A stretch of DNA of 64,000 nucleotides from Longimicrobiales bacterium (GCA_965248195.1 CBDFIQ010000002.1:3232001-3296000); one strand, 5' to 3'. Counted from the stretch's first letter, positions 49,077 through 61,578 are shown. Made by a program: numbers and translations. The notes: a model not told the origin generated them from the letters alone.

Positions 49077-49280
49077 ATGTGGGAGACGCGCTCTGTGGAG
49101 ATTACCGTCCGACTTCCCCATGATATTGCAGAGCAGGCCGAGGAGGTGCAGAAGGCGGATCCGGAATTTTTGAGCCGGGTCGTGCTCTACGGTCTCACTC
49201 GCCGATCTATCTATCAGCAGCTGCGCGAGCGCAGCCGGGACCAAGCTTCCCAGGATCTTCCCGCCCCGCGCGCGATGTAA
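49077..49280 (+). CDS. Small ribbon-helix-helix-like protein (67 aa)
   Basis: GGAG SD; SVEITVRLPHDIAEQAEEV...FLSRVVLYGL gives a strand-helix-helix pattern. Confidence 0.65.
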   Translation: MWETRSVEITVRLPHDIAEQAEEVQKADPEFLSRVVLYGLTRRSIYQQLRERSRDQASQDLPAPRAM

Positions 49281-49392
49281 GGGGCTTGACTCTTCCGCCG
49301 CACCCCAATAATACCTAAGGGCAAGTAGGGCAGGCACTTGCACGTCGCGGGCCGGCGTGCGGGCACGCCTGTACAGTGCTGGGAGGGACGGC

Positions 49393-49740
49393 ATGAGCGA
49401 CGCCCGGCCGGAAAAGCCCCAAAAGCTGAGCCCTGATTTGGCGGAACGCGTGCTCCGGGCAAAGTACTTGGACTACTGTTCCTCTCAAATCGCTGAGCAT
49501 CTGCTCCTGCTTTCGCCGGACGAGATCTACGTCCTTGCTCAGGAGGCGCTCCGTGCGGGCGGCCAGAAGAGCGAACCTTCCCACGAGCAGATGGTGCGAT
49601 TGGCCACCGAGGGTGTCGCTCGACGGCTCACGCTCCCTCCGTTCGAAACGTGGGCTGATGAATACGAACGGGACCCCGCCCGGTATGACGATCAGCTGAT
49701 GGGTCTTTGGAAAAGCGAGTTGGAGGACGTACCTGACTAG
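49393..49740 (+). CDS. Uncharacterised stand-alone domain A protein (115 aa)
   Basis: GGAGG SD; LRAKYLDYCSSQI...LPPFETW; own promoter candidate TTGACT at 49286. Confidence 0.8.
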   Translation: MSDARPEKPQKLSPDLAERVLRAKYLDYCSSQIAEHLLLLSPDEIYVLAQEALRAGGQKSEPSHEQMVRLATEGVARRLTLPPFETWADEYERDPARYDDQLMGLWKSELEDVPD

Positions 49741-50168
49741 AACGGCAGATCGTCATCCGGTTCGGAGATCGGCGGGCCCGGTGACGGGCTGGGATCGCGC
49801 TGAGCGCCTTCGCCGCGGCCACCTCCACCTCCACCGGCGGTGGACCCGAGCATGACCATCTCTGTGACGATGACATCGGTCCAATACCTTTTCTGGCCGT
49901 CCCTTTCGGATTCGGAGTACTCGATACGCCCCTCGACGTAGAGCCGGTCACCCTTCTTTACCCATTGATCGACGATTTCGACGAGGCGACCGAAGAAAGT
50001 CAGACGGTGCCACTCGGTCTTCTCCCTCTGCTGCCCGGAGCCGTCGTTCCACTTGCGGTTGGTGGCCAGGGACACCTTCGCAACTTGGGTGCCCGAAGAG
50101 GTGGCTCGGACGTCAGGGTCGTTTCCCACGTTTCCGATGAGCATGACCTTGTTGAGGGACCGGCTCAT
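49737..50168 (-). CDS. ssb: Single-stranded DNA-binding protein
   Basis: SLNKVMLIGNVGNDP, TEWHR, YVEGR, C-terminal DDDLPF. Confidence 0.97.
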   Translation of the reverse strand: MSRSLNKVMLIGNVGNDPDVRATSSGTQVAKVSLATNRKWNDGSGQQREKTEWHRLTFFGRLVEIVDQWVKKGDRLYVEGRIEYSESERDGQKRYWTDVIVTEMVMLGSTAGGGGGGRGEGAQRDPSPSPGPPISEPDDDLPF

Positions 50169-50351
50169 TATCGTGCACTCCTTGGAGATCGACGCGGGCT
50201 CACGCGCCATTTGGGCCGTGCGGCGCCACAAGGTACCAAGGGCTCCGAGCGGGCGCTATGGGCGGGTGGCGCCCCCTGATCGGCCCTCCTAGCTTTTGCC
50301 TGATGGGCCCCACCCAGGTGCCCTCCTACGCCGGATCTCGCCGAGCCTGCC

Positions 50352-51137
50352 ATGAGTGATCTTCAGTACATTCGAGTGGAGTGGGAGGGGGAGCTGGCCA
50401 TTGTCGTGATCGACCGCGCCGATAAGCTCAACGCCCTGAATGCGGAGGTAGTTCAAGAGCTCGGGGACGTGTTCCGCGACCTCAAGGACGACGACGATGT
50501 CCTGGGAGTGATCCTGACGGGGGCGGGTGAGAAGGCCTTTGTCGCCGGAGCGGACATTGGCGAGCTCGCTCAGCTCACACCGCTCACCGGCGTGAAGGTC
50601 AGCCGGGAGGGGCAGAGGATCTTTGCCGAGATTGAGCGCTTTCCAAAGCCCGTGCTAGCTGCAGTTGGAGGGTACGCATTGGGTGGCGGATGCGAGCTCG
50701 CTCTCGCGTGCCACCTCCGGGTCGCCAGCGAAAATGCCCGCTTTGGGCTTCCCGAGGTGGGGCTCGGCACGATACCCGGCTACGGCGGAACGATGAGGCT
50801 CGCCAGGGTCGTCGGGTTCGGTCATGCCATAGAGATGGTCCTGACCGGCCGGATGGTCGACGCGGAGAGGGCCGAACGGATGGGCCTGGTGAGCGCCGTC
50901 TATCCCCAGGAGGCGCTCCTCGACCAGGCGAAGGTGTTCATTCGGGGAATTACGAAGAATGGCCCGGTCGCCGTTCGCATGGCATTGGAGTCCATTTATT
51001 TGGCCCAAAGCTCGGCACCGGCGGACGCCGCGAGCTTCGAATCCGCAATGTTCGGATTACTCGCTTCCACCACCGATATGAAGGAAGGAATGACGGCCTT
51101 TCTCGAGAAGCGAAAGGCTGCCTTCAAGGGCGAATAG
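50352..51137 (+). CDS. Enoyl-CoA hydratase (crotonase)
   Basis: AFVAGADI, GGGCELA, FGLPEVGLG, EGMTAFLEKR. Confidence 0.95.
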   Translation: MSDLQYIRVEWEGELAIVVIDRADKLNALNAEVVQELGDVFRDLKDDDDVLGVILTGAGEKAFVAGADIGELAQLTPLTGVKVSREGQRIFAEIERFPKPVLAAVGGYALGGGCELALACHLRVASENARFGLPEVGLGTIPGYGGTMRLARVVGFGHAIEMVLTGRMVDAERAERMGLVSAVYPQEALLDQAKVFIRGITKNGPVAVRMALESIYLAQSSAPADAASFESAMFGLLASTTDMKEGMTAFLEKRKAAFKGE

Positions 51138-51220
51138 CCTAGGGAACCGAAAGGTGGCTGTAGGGCCTTCGGACCGTTAAATTTCCCTATGCTTCCAAGG
51201 CTTTTCCTGGCATCCGTTCC

Positions 51221-52345
51221 TTGCACCTGAGTGTGCTGAAAACCCGGCTTTTTCGTAACCTCGGGGACCAGGAGCTTTCCTTCCCTCCGGAGGGCGTGGC
51301 GGTCATCGGAGGGAACGCCCAAGGGAAGTCGAACCTACTCGAGGCCATCTACTATCTGGAGACCTTCCGCTCCTTTCGGGGCGCCCGCATGGAGCACCTC
51401 ATAACATTCGGAGAAGATGTGTTCCGGGTGGCCGGTCAGATGGTCTCCGCGAACGGAAGTGAGGGCTCCCCGACCGAGGTCGCGGCGGCGTATGAAGCAT
51501 CCACTCGTCGCCGCAAGGTGACCATCGACGGTGCGGAGCCGAAGCGCATCGGGGATGCGATCGGGAAGCTGGGCGCCGTGATTTTCTCCCCGGCTGATGT
51601 CGGCATCGTGAACGGGGGACCGAGCCGCCGTCGCCGATTCATGGACGTAGCCCTTTCGCTGAGCGAGGAAGGATACTTGGCCGCCTTACAGGCGTTCCGG
51701 CACGCGCTGGCCCAGCGGAACGCGGCCCTCCGCTCCGGGCAGGTCGAGGCGGTGGTGAGGGCATGGGACGAGCCCCTCGCTCGGAGCGCCGCGACCGTGA
51801 TGGGGGCTCGTCATCTATGGATTTCCGAGTGGCGGGATGCGTTCCGCCGCTACTACGAAGAGGTGAGTGGAGGGGACTCGGCGACGATGACTTACGTGCC
51901 CAAGGTGGCCGTGGACGACTGGGATGAGGATGGAATTCATAAGACTTGCCGAGATGCCTTGGACAGCCGCTGGGCCGTCGATCTTCGACGGCAGAATACG
52001 AGTGCCGGGCCCCATCGGGACGAGCTCATGCTCACGCTCGTAGACGGGGAGAAAGAAGTAGAGATGACGGAATTCGGCTCAGGAGGGCAGCGCCGGACTG
52101 TGGCACTCGCGCTCCGGTTGGTCGAGGGAGATGCGATCCGCAGGGCGAGGGGTAGTGCTCCGGTTCTCCTGCTCGACGACGCGTTTGCCGAGTTGGACGA
52201 CGCTCGAAGAGAGAGGGCTTTCGAGCTGATGGGGCAAGACCGCTTCGGTCAGCTCATCATCACCGCGCCCAAAGAAAGCGACGTACCCGTCCAAGGAGAT
52301 GCGCTTCCCCGGTGGGGGATCCACGAAGGACGGATCTGCGCGTGA
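51221..52345 (+). CDS. recF: DNA replication/repair protein RecF
   Basis: GGNAQGKSNLLEAI, GPHRDEL, GSGGQRR, LLLDDAFAELD. Confidence 0.95.
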   Translation: MHLSVLKTRLFRNLGDQELSFPPEGVAVIGGNAQGKSNLLEAIYYLETFRSFRGARMEHLITFGEDVFRVAGQMVSANGSEGSPTEVAAAYEASTRRRKVTIDGAEPKRIGDAIGKLGAVIFSPADVGIVNGGPSRRRRFMDVALSLSEEGYLAALQAFRHALAQRNAALRSGQVEAVVRAWDEPLARSAATVMGARHLWISEWRDAFRRYYEEVSGGDSATMTYVPKVAVDDWDEDGIHKTCRDALDSRWAVDLRRQNTSAGPHRDELMLTLVDGEKEVEMTEFGSGGQRRTVALALRLVEGDAIRRARGSAPVLLLDDAFAELDDARRERAFELMGQDRFGQLIITAPKESDVPVQGDALPRWGIHEGRICA

Positions 52346-52656
52346 ACGATGTTGGGCCGACGCGGGTGGGGGATCTCCTCGATAACCTTTTGGAGAAGCG
52401 CGGTCTCGGTACACAGATCCGGAGGATCGGTGCGCTCGACGCCTGGTCGAGCGCCGTCGGAGAAAGAATTTCCGAAGTAACGGACGCAAAAACGGTCGTA
52501 GCGTCGACGCTGTTCGTAGGAGTCCGGAGCAGTGCCTGGCTCATGGAATTGAGCCTCATGAAGAAGGCCCTGTTGGAGCGGGTCAATGTGGAGTTGGGAG
52601 GGGAGGGGACGATCGATCGGATTGTTCTGACGCTGATGGAGGGGGATGGATCGTAA
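52342..52656 (+). CDS. DUF721/DciA family protein
   Basis: Between recF and gyrB; AWSSAVG...LFVGVRSSAWLMELSL. Confidence 0.85.
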   Translation: MNDVGPTRVGDLLDNLLEKRGLGTQIRRIGALDAWSSAVGERISEVTDAKTVVASTLFVGVRSSAWLMELSLMKKALLERVNVELGGEGTIDRIVLTLMEGDGS

Positions 52657-52709
52657 CGACCGTTCTAGGGGCGGTGTGGGGTCCAGACCCATAACGGAGT
52701 GAGCTCTAG

Positions 52710-54665
<1,956 letters not shown>

Positions 54666-54789
54666 GGGGTGTTTCCTACTTCTGGTTGCCCCCCCGGAGG
54701 ATTGGGGTCCCAGCGAGCGATGCGCCGGTTTGGGCACTGTTCGTGCGCTAGCTAGATAGAGAACGATCTGACCTGCAACCAATCTAGCT

Positions 54790-54806
54790 TACGTGGAGTC
54801 CAAGTA
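54790..54806. promoter_or_regulatory. Candidate PadR operator
   Basis: TACGTGGA-G-TCCAAGTA palindrome (7 of 8) just upstream of padR. Confidence 0.4.
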
Positions 54807-54834
54807 GACGAACCCAATTGAACGAGGGGACGTT

Positions 54835-55153
54835 GATGGGCGGGATCCGCATGACGTACACGACGGCGATGGTGCTTCAGGCTTTGGACGTCGGGAATCG
54901 ATACGGCTTCGACATTGCCGAGGCGACAGGGCTCAGAGGTGGAACGGTGTATCCGATTCTCCGGCGCCTCGAGGATGCCGGAATGGCGGTCTCCCACTGG
55001 GAAAAAGTCCAGATCTCTCGAGATGAGGGCCGTCCGCCGAGGAAGTATTACAGCGTCACGCCGGCCGCTGCCGAGTTGCTCGCTACGGCACGTGGCCGGT
55101 TTCCACTCCGGCCAGACGTGCCGGCCGTTCGAGCCATGCCGAGAAGGGCCTGA
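54835..55153 (+). CDS. PadR family transcriptional regulator
   Basis: YGFDI, GTVYPILRRLE, RPPRKYY; start approximate (54818-54851). Confidence 0.9.
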
Positions 55154-56371
55154 GGGGAGGGGACGATGAGTGGCGCCAGCGACAAGAGTCACATGATGCG
55201 TATCCTCGCCGGGCTCGTTCCGAGCTCGAAAAGAGAGGATTGGATCAGGGAGTGGGAGGCGGAGCTGAGTGCGCTCGGCACGGCGGGCGGAGCCACGCGA
55301 GGGGCTCGAGCGCGCAGCTTCCTGGCAGCAACCGAGGACGCGATGCGGCTCGGTTTGCGTCACACTCGGCCGGCGTCTTGGGCGCCGAACGTCCGCTTTG
55401 CTCTTCGGACCATGCGGACGAGGCCGGGATACTCCGGCTCGGCGATCCTCACCTTCGCGCTCGGGATCGGCGCGAACGTTGCCATCTTCACAGTGATCAA
55501 CGCCTACGTCCTCCGTCCCTTTCCGATCGAGGACCCGGACCGGGTCGTTTGGCTGAGCGACTTCAAGGAGGGACGTGCCGGCGTGGTATCCGCCCCCGAT
55601 TTCGTGGATTGGCGCGAGCAGAGCCGGTCCTTCGAGGACCTGGTGGCCTTGCAGCCTTTTCCGGTCACGCTGACCCAGCTGGCTCAGCCCCTGAGGGTGT
55701 CGCGGGCTCGGGTCACGCCCGGCTTCTTTGACTTGATCGGTGTGCAACCGATGATGGGCCGGTCGTTCATCGAGGAGGAGGGTCTGGAGGGGAACGACCG
55801 GGCGGCCATACTGAGCTACGACCTCTGGTCCGGTGCCTATGGTGCCGACCCGGGGGTGGTCGGGAAGAGCGTCGTCCTGGATGGCATACCGAGCACGGTC
55901 GTCGGTGTGCTGCCGGCCGGCTTCTTCATGCCGTCCTTCACGTCCCAGATCTGGGGGCCGCTCGCCTTCGACCAGGAGACGCTTGAGTACCGGGGCCGGC
56001 ATAACCTCAGAGTCTTCGGCCGTCTCGCGGACGGTGTGTCCTTGGACGCGGCGAGGGCGGAGATGGACGTCATTACCGAAGGGCTCGCACGGGCCTACCC
56101 GCAATCCAACGAGGGGTGGGGGATCCAGGTCCGGGAACTCCGGGGACAGGTCCTCAGTGGGAGTGCGGGAAGTCTTTGGATGCTTTTCGGGGGTGTAGGC
56201 CTCGTGCTGCTCATCGCCTGCGTGAACGTGGCGAGCCTGACGGTGGCCCGCGGGGCGGGCAGGAAACAAGAGCTTGCGGTACGGGTGGCGCTCGGCGCGT
56301 CCAGGGGCCAACTGCTGAGCCAACTGCTCACCGAGAATCTCTTACTCGCGCTCGTCGGTGGGGCGTTGGGG

Positions 56372-57747
56372 GGTCAAGTCCCGATTTGTGTGTAAAAGCG
56401 GAGGAAGCTCCTCGCCTTCGGCTAGGCTGCTTGGGCGACCTCCTGTTTCTGGAGGAGTGAGAGGTCGAGGTAACGCCGGTCGCCCCAGACGTGTGTGGTC
56501 CTGAGTGCGACGGCCGTGATGAGCCTGAGGGCGCTGGCCCGGTCCGGGAAGGCGCCGGCGGCCTTGATCCTGCGTTTGATCTCGCCGTGCAGCCGCTCGA
56601 GGCTGTTGGTGGTACGCAGCCGGGGCCAGTGCGCCTCGGGGAACGCGTAGAACTGCGTCGCTGCCCCGAAGCCCCGCTCCAGGACCTCCACGGCCTCGGG
56701 CAGCTCCTTCTTCCAGCGTGCGCCGAACTCGCCCAGGAGCTTCTTCGCCTCGGCGAGTCCGGATGTCTGGAAGATCACCGAGACCTCACGCGCCACGCGC
56801 TTGCGTAGGCGGTGGGGGACCCTCGCCCCCACATTACGCTGCAGATGGACCGTACACCTCTGACGGCGTGCCTCGGGCAGGAAGCGGCGGACCGCAGCTG
56901 CCAGGCCTGCGTGCTCATCGGCGATCACGAGCTCGACACCGCCGAGGCCGCGGTCCTGGAGTTGCTCGAGGAGCTCCGACCAGCTCTGCTGCGACTCCTC
57001 AGCGCCCAGCGTGACGGCCAGGAGCCGTCGGTGACCCTCAGGGCCCACTGCATACGCCACGAGCGCACTCACGTTCTCGACTTTGCGGGCCCAGCGGGCG
57101 TCCAAGAACGTGGCGTCCAGGTACAGATAGGGGTGAGGCCCCTCGATCGGCGCACGGCGCAGCCCTTCCACGGCCTCGTCGAGCCGTTTTGCCACACGAC
57201 TCACCGTCGAGCGCCCAACACGCTCGCCCATCAGCGCCTCGGTGACGTCGCCCATCTTGCGCTGTGACACGCCGCTCACATACGCCTCGACCATCATCTC
57301 GTCGAGCTCGGGGCTCCTGCGCTGGTAGCGGCCGATCACGTCGGCCGGCGAACCGTTGTCCCGGCTCCGGGGCATGGCGACCTCGATCTGCCCCAGGCTC
57401 GTCAGCAGCCGCCTCAGGTATGTGCCGTTCCTATGGTCCTTCCGGCTTCCCACCCGCTCGAAGCGGCGTGCACCTACCATGGCCTTCAGCTCCTCTTCCA
57501 GCACCATCTCGAGCGTCAGCCGGATCGCGCCTTGAAACAGCTCGCGCAAATCATCGCGTAGCTCGTCTTGCGTGGCCCGACCGATCTCCACAATCTCTTG
57601 CATCGGAAGCTCCTCTCCGGTTCCGAGCCTGCTCTGCAGACCCGGACTCCCGGGTTCATGTGACAGTGAACAACAACAGAGGAGCTTCCGTTTTTCTTTC
57701 CCTCCTGTCCAGCTTATCCGCTTTTACACAAATCTAGGGACACTACC
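56372..57747 (-). mobile_element. IS256 family insertion sequence (1376 bp)
   Basis: Terminal IRs 56372-56402 and 57717-57747 match 24 of 31 (core TGTGTAAAAGCGGA); 8-bp TSD CGTTGGGG at 56364-56371 and 57748-57755. Confidence 0.95.
56422..57603 (-). CDS. IS256/Mutator family DDE transposase
   Basis: RNGTY.R, YLYLDATF, VIADEHAGL, QRCTVH, RTTNSLERLHGEIKRR. Confidence 0.96.
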   Translation of the reverse strand: MQEIVEIGRATQDELRDDLRELFQGAIRLTLEMVLEEELKAMVGARRFERVGSRKDHRNGTYLRRLLTSLGQIEVAMPRSRDNGSPADVIGRYQRRSPELDEMMVEAYVSGVSQRKMGDVTEALMGERVGRSTVSRVAKRLDEAVEGLRRAPIEGPHPYLYLDATFLDARWARKVENVSALVAYAVGPEGHRRLLAVTLGAEESQQSWSELLEQLQDRGLGGVELVIADEHAGLAAAVRRFLPEARRQRCTVHLQRNVGARVPHRLRKRVAREVSVIFQTSGLAEAKKLLGEFGARWKKELPEAVEVLERGFGAATQFYAFPEAHWPRLRTTNSLERLHGEIKRRIKAAGAFPDRASALRLITAVALRTTHVWGDRRYLDLSLLQKQEVAQAA

Positions 57748-59282
57748 CGTTGGGGCTGGGGGTGGCGTACCTCGGCCTGGAGCCCATGAAGGCTCTGGTC
57801 CCTTCTTCGCTCGCAGACGTTGGCGTGCTCTCGATCGACGGGCGGGTGCTGGCGTTTACCGCGCTCGCCTCTGCCGTGACGGGGTTGGTCTCGGGGGCCA
57901 TACCCGGACTTCGCCTCAGTGGGTCGGCCCTTTCAGGCGGCCGCATAGCCGGGGTGCTACGCACGCGGCCGGGGGGGTCCGGGGTGCAGACCGGACTCGT
58001 CGTCGCCGAGTTTGCGTTGGCGATGATCCTTCTCGTCGGAGCAGGCCTGTTCGTGCGAAGTCTGGCGAATCTCTATTCGGTCGATCTCGGCTTCGAGCCG
58101 AGCGGTACAACCACCTTCGGTCTCACGTTTCCCACGGAGGACTACCGTGAGCCGGCGGAGGTGGTCGCGGGGCTAGACGAGGTCCTCGCGCGGTTCGCGG
58201 CGGCGAACGGCGTCGAGGCGATCGCCGCGACTTCACATTTGCCACTGGCGGGGGGGCGCCTTTCATCCTCTCTCCGACTCGATGGCGACAAGGAGAAGAT
58301 GAGCACGAACTCGCCCTCAGCGGCGATCAAGGTCGTCTCCCCGGGCTACTTCGAATTGCTGGAAATTCCCTTGGTCGAAGGGCGATTCCTGAGTGACGAT
58401 GACGATTCCAGCTCCGAGCTAGCGGTCATGATCAACGAGTCGGCGGCCAGACGTCTTTGGCCGGGGGAAAGCGCGGTGGGCAGGTTGTTGTCCTACGCTG
58501 AGGACGCAGCCGGTGCGCCCATCGAACGCCACGTCGTTGGAGTCGTCGGGGACATTCTCTGGGCCGGCCCGCGAGGTGAAGCTATGGAGGAAGTGTACCA
58601 GAGCCACCTTCAGACGACGGAGGTATGGCGATGGTTTGGACGGGCCATGTCCTTCGTGGCGCGTGCGGGCGGAGGGGAGGCCCTGACCTTGTCTCGCGCT
58701 CAGGGCATGGTATCCGAGATCGATCCCAACATGCCCATCGTCGCCTTCCGTCCCTTCGACGAGGTCGTGGACGGAAACGTGGCGGCCCCGCGCTTCCAAG
58801 GCGCGCTGCTCGGCCTATTTGCAGCGCTGGCTCTGATTCTGGCCGCGGTCGGCACCTACAGTGTGATGGCGTTCTCGGTCCGGCAGCGGACGCGCGAGAT
58901 CGGGGTGCGCTTGGCGGTCGGGGCGGACCGCGCCGACGTCATGGCGTCGGTCCTCCTGGATGGAGCCAAGCTCGCTTTGGTCGGCGTGGCGGTGGGTGCC
59001 CTGGGAGCGCTCCTCCTCAGCCGCCTCATCTCGTCTCTGTTATGGGGCGTCGGCGGGAGCGACCCGCTCACGTACGTGGTGGTGGCGGCTGTGTTGAGTG
59101 GTGTGACATTGCTCGCGTCTTACGTACCGGCCCGCCAGGCCTCCTGCGTGGATCCGATGGTCGCGCTGAGAGACGATTGACGGCGAGCCCGCTTGAGCCG
59201 GGCGCCGGGAAGGCGGTATCTTTGAGGCGCAAAGAAGTTCTCGTGGCTCGAACTTCATGCCACGTATACCAGGAAAATCCCG

Positions 59283-59864
59283 GTGACGGACCCCAAGCGC
59301 CTCAACATGCAGCAGCTGGTCTCGTACTTGGCGGAGAACGCCGGGCACTGGATCGAGAGTCAGCGTGCCCAGCACCGGGTGCACGCGAACCCCCTGCCCG
59401 ATACTACCGTGGCCGCCCTCAGTGGGTTTTTCGAGCCGGAGACGCTGGATCGGACCAGAATCAGGCACGTCACGAGCCTCGACAATCCTCCTTTCTACAG
59501 GGAGTTCGAAGAGGCTGGAGAATCGTTTCCCCTCGACTTCACCGTCTGGGCGGCGATCACGTTCGGGGACGTCATCCTCGTGAACGGGGAGCAGGTGCCA
59601 GGGCCGCCGTCCCATTCGGTCGTCTTCCACGAAATGGTCCATGTGGTGCAGTATGACGTGCTCGGGATCCACGAGTTCGCCCGCAGGTACGTGGAGCCCT
59701 TCATACAGAACCGCTTCAACTACATGTCGATCCCCCTCGAGACTGTCGCCTTCGACCTCCAGGGACGATTCGAGGAGTCGAGCGGAGACCCGTTTTCTGC
59801 GGAGGCGGAGGTTCGTTCGATAATCGGTGCGCCGGGGCTTCCCTACGCGGGGAGTGGAAGGTAG
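59283..59864 (+). CDS. Putative zinc metallopeptidase (DUF4157-like)
   Basis: AITFGDVI...VVFHEMVHVVQY...PLETVA. Confidence 0.7.
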   Translation: MTDPKRLNMQQLVSYLAENAGHWIESQRAQHRVHANPLPDTTVAALSGFFEPETLDRTRIRHVTSLDNPPFYREFEEAGESFPLDFTVWAAITFGDVILVNGEQVPGPPSHSVVFHEMVHVVQYDVLGIHEFARRYVEPFIQNRFNYMSIPLETVAFDLQGRFEESSGDPFSAEAEVRSIIGAPGLPYAGSGR

Positions 59865-59880
59865 AGCCGGTGTCAGCCTC

Positions 59881-61578
59881 CTAGCCCGCCCAGAGTGGTC
59901 CGGAGATCCGCAACACGTAGACGGCTATGAGCCCCAACGTGCCGATTCCGGTCAGATAGTAGATCGTCGGTAGGATCGTCTTCCGCAGCGTGGCTCCTTC
60001 CCGTCCCAGCAGCCCAACCGTTGCCGAAGCGGCGACCACGTTGTGGATCGCGATCATGTTGCCTGCCGCTGCTCCCACGGCCTGGAGAGCCACGACCATC
60101 GAGCTGGAGATGGCCAGCCGCGCCGCCACCCCGTGCTGGAACGCCGCGAACATGAGGTTGCTCACCGTGTTCGAACCGGCAATGAAGGCGCCCAAGGCTC
60201 CCGTCACACCCGCGAAGAGCGGCCAAACGCCCCCTACAGTGTCGGCGACCCAACCTGCCATCTCGAGCGGCATTGATTCGAGGCCTGAGGCGTTCACGCC
60301 CGAATTGATGTAGACACGAACCATGGGCACCGTGAAGACCAGCACGAAGCCGGCCCCCAAAAGGACCCGGCTGGAGTCGACGAACGCGTGTTTTAGGGCT
60401 GCGCCGCTCATGCGGTGCAGGAGGGCCGTTATCCCCACGACGGCGATCAGAATCGTCCCGGGCAGGTAGAGCGGCGCGGTCACCGCGCTCACCGAGGTTC
60501 CGAAGATCTCTGGCCACTCGATGGTGAAGCTTCTGAGTAAACTTCCGAAGGGAAGCGAAGGAAGGCGGCTCAGGACCAGGAGCACCGCCAACAAGAGGTA
60601 AGGCACCCAGGCCTTTCCGGCCGACATCTCCGGGTGCTCTCCTTCGTCGTCGGAGCCGACCTCAAGTGTGCTCACCCACTCCGAGGGCCACTGGTCCGAA
60701 GGGGCAAAGTCCCACGTGTCCTTCGGGAGGAGGAAGCCCGTTCGCGCCGCGGAGGACACGATCGCTAGACCCACCAGGCCCCCCAAGAGCGACGGGAATT
60801 CCGGTCCCAGGAGCCACGCCGTCAGGAAGTACGGAACCGTGAAAGCGATACCGCCGAACAGCGCAAACGGCACCACCGACAGCCCTTCGGTCCAGGACTT
60901 CCGAGCACCGAAGAATCGGGTCATCATGACGACCATCAGAATGGGCATGATCGTTCCGGTGATGGCATGGAGGCCGGCCGCGCGTACGGCCACGGATCTG
61001 ACGTACTCCGGTAGGGTCGCACCGGAAGCGGCGAGCGCCGCCGTAAACTCGGGGCTCACCACGCCCCCCTGGACACCCACAAGAATCGGAGTCCCTACCG
61101 CACCGAACGTCACCGCGGTGCTCTGGATCATCATGCCCAACATCACGGCACCCGCCGCAGGGAAGCCCATGGCGACCATGAGAGGGGCGGCCACAGCGGC
61201 CGGAGTTCCGAATCCGGCGGCACCCTCGATGAAGGATCCGAAAAGCCAGGCGATGATGACGACCTGCACCCGGCGGTCGTCGCTGATGTCGTGGAAGCTC
61301 CTCCGAATGGCGGCTACGCCCCCCGACCGCTCGAGGGTGTTGAGGAGCAGGATGGCTCCAAAGATGATCAGCAAGAGGTCGAACGTGAGAAACAAGCCCT
61401 GGACGGTGGAGGCGGCGACGTCCCCGAACGGCATCCCCCAGACGTTGAGCGCGATGACGACGGCTGTCACGTATACCACCGGCATGGCCCACTTGGCTGG
61501 AATACGGAAGCCTACCAGGAGGACACCACCTAGAAGGATGGGTAGCGCGGCTAGGGCGGCCAGGATTGCAGGGCTCAC
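59881..61578 (-). CDS. lctP: L-lactate permease
   Basis: [37 protein letters not shown] 61578 with AAGGAG SD. Confidence 0.92.
   Translation of the reverse strand: MSPAILAALAALPILLGGVLLVGFRIPAKWAMPVVYVTAVVIALNVWGMPFGDVAASTVQGLFLTFDLLLIIFGAILLLNTLERSGGVAAIRRSFHDISDDRRVQVVIIAWLFGSFIEGAAGFGTPAAVAAPLMVAMGFPAAGAVMLGMMIQSTAVTFGAVGTPILVGVQGGVVSPEFTAALAASGATLPEYVRSVAVRAAGLHAITGTIMPILMVVMMTRFFGARKSWTEGLSVVPFALFGGIAFTVPYFLTAWLLGPEFPSLLGGLVGLAIVSSAARTGFLLPKDTWDFAPSDQWPSEWVSTLEVGSDDEGEHPEMSAGKAWVPYLLLAVLLVLSRLPSLPFGSLLRSFTIEWPEIFGTSVSAVTAPLYLPGTILIAVVGITALLHRMSGAALKHAFVDSSRVLLGAGFVLVFTVPMVRVYINSGVNASGLESMPLEMAGWVADTVGGVWPLFAGVTGALGAFIAGSNTVSNLMFAAFQHGVAARLAISSSMVVALQAVGAAAGNMIAIHNVVAASATVGLLGREGATLRKTILPTIYYLTGIGTLGLIAVYVLRISGPLWAG

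Larger units (their letters stand above)
55166..59180 (+). pseudogene. Duplicated MacB/FtsX-type ABC permease interrupted by IS256
   Basis: [31 protein letters not shown] in the 5' part; RTREIGVRLAVGA, VDPMVALRDD in the 3' part. Excising IS plus one TSD restores an 876-aa ORF (...VGGALGLGVAY...). Confidence 0.92.

Noticed and set aside
49077..49740. RHH gene plus downstream small gene as a type II toxin-antitoxin pair
   Set aside because: Downstream protein has no recognisable toxin motif, lies 112 nt away with its own promoter candidate, and is a paralog of neighbouring genes
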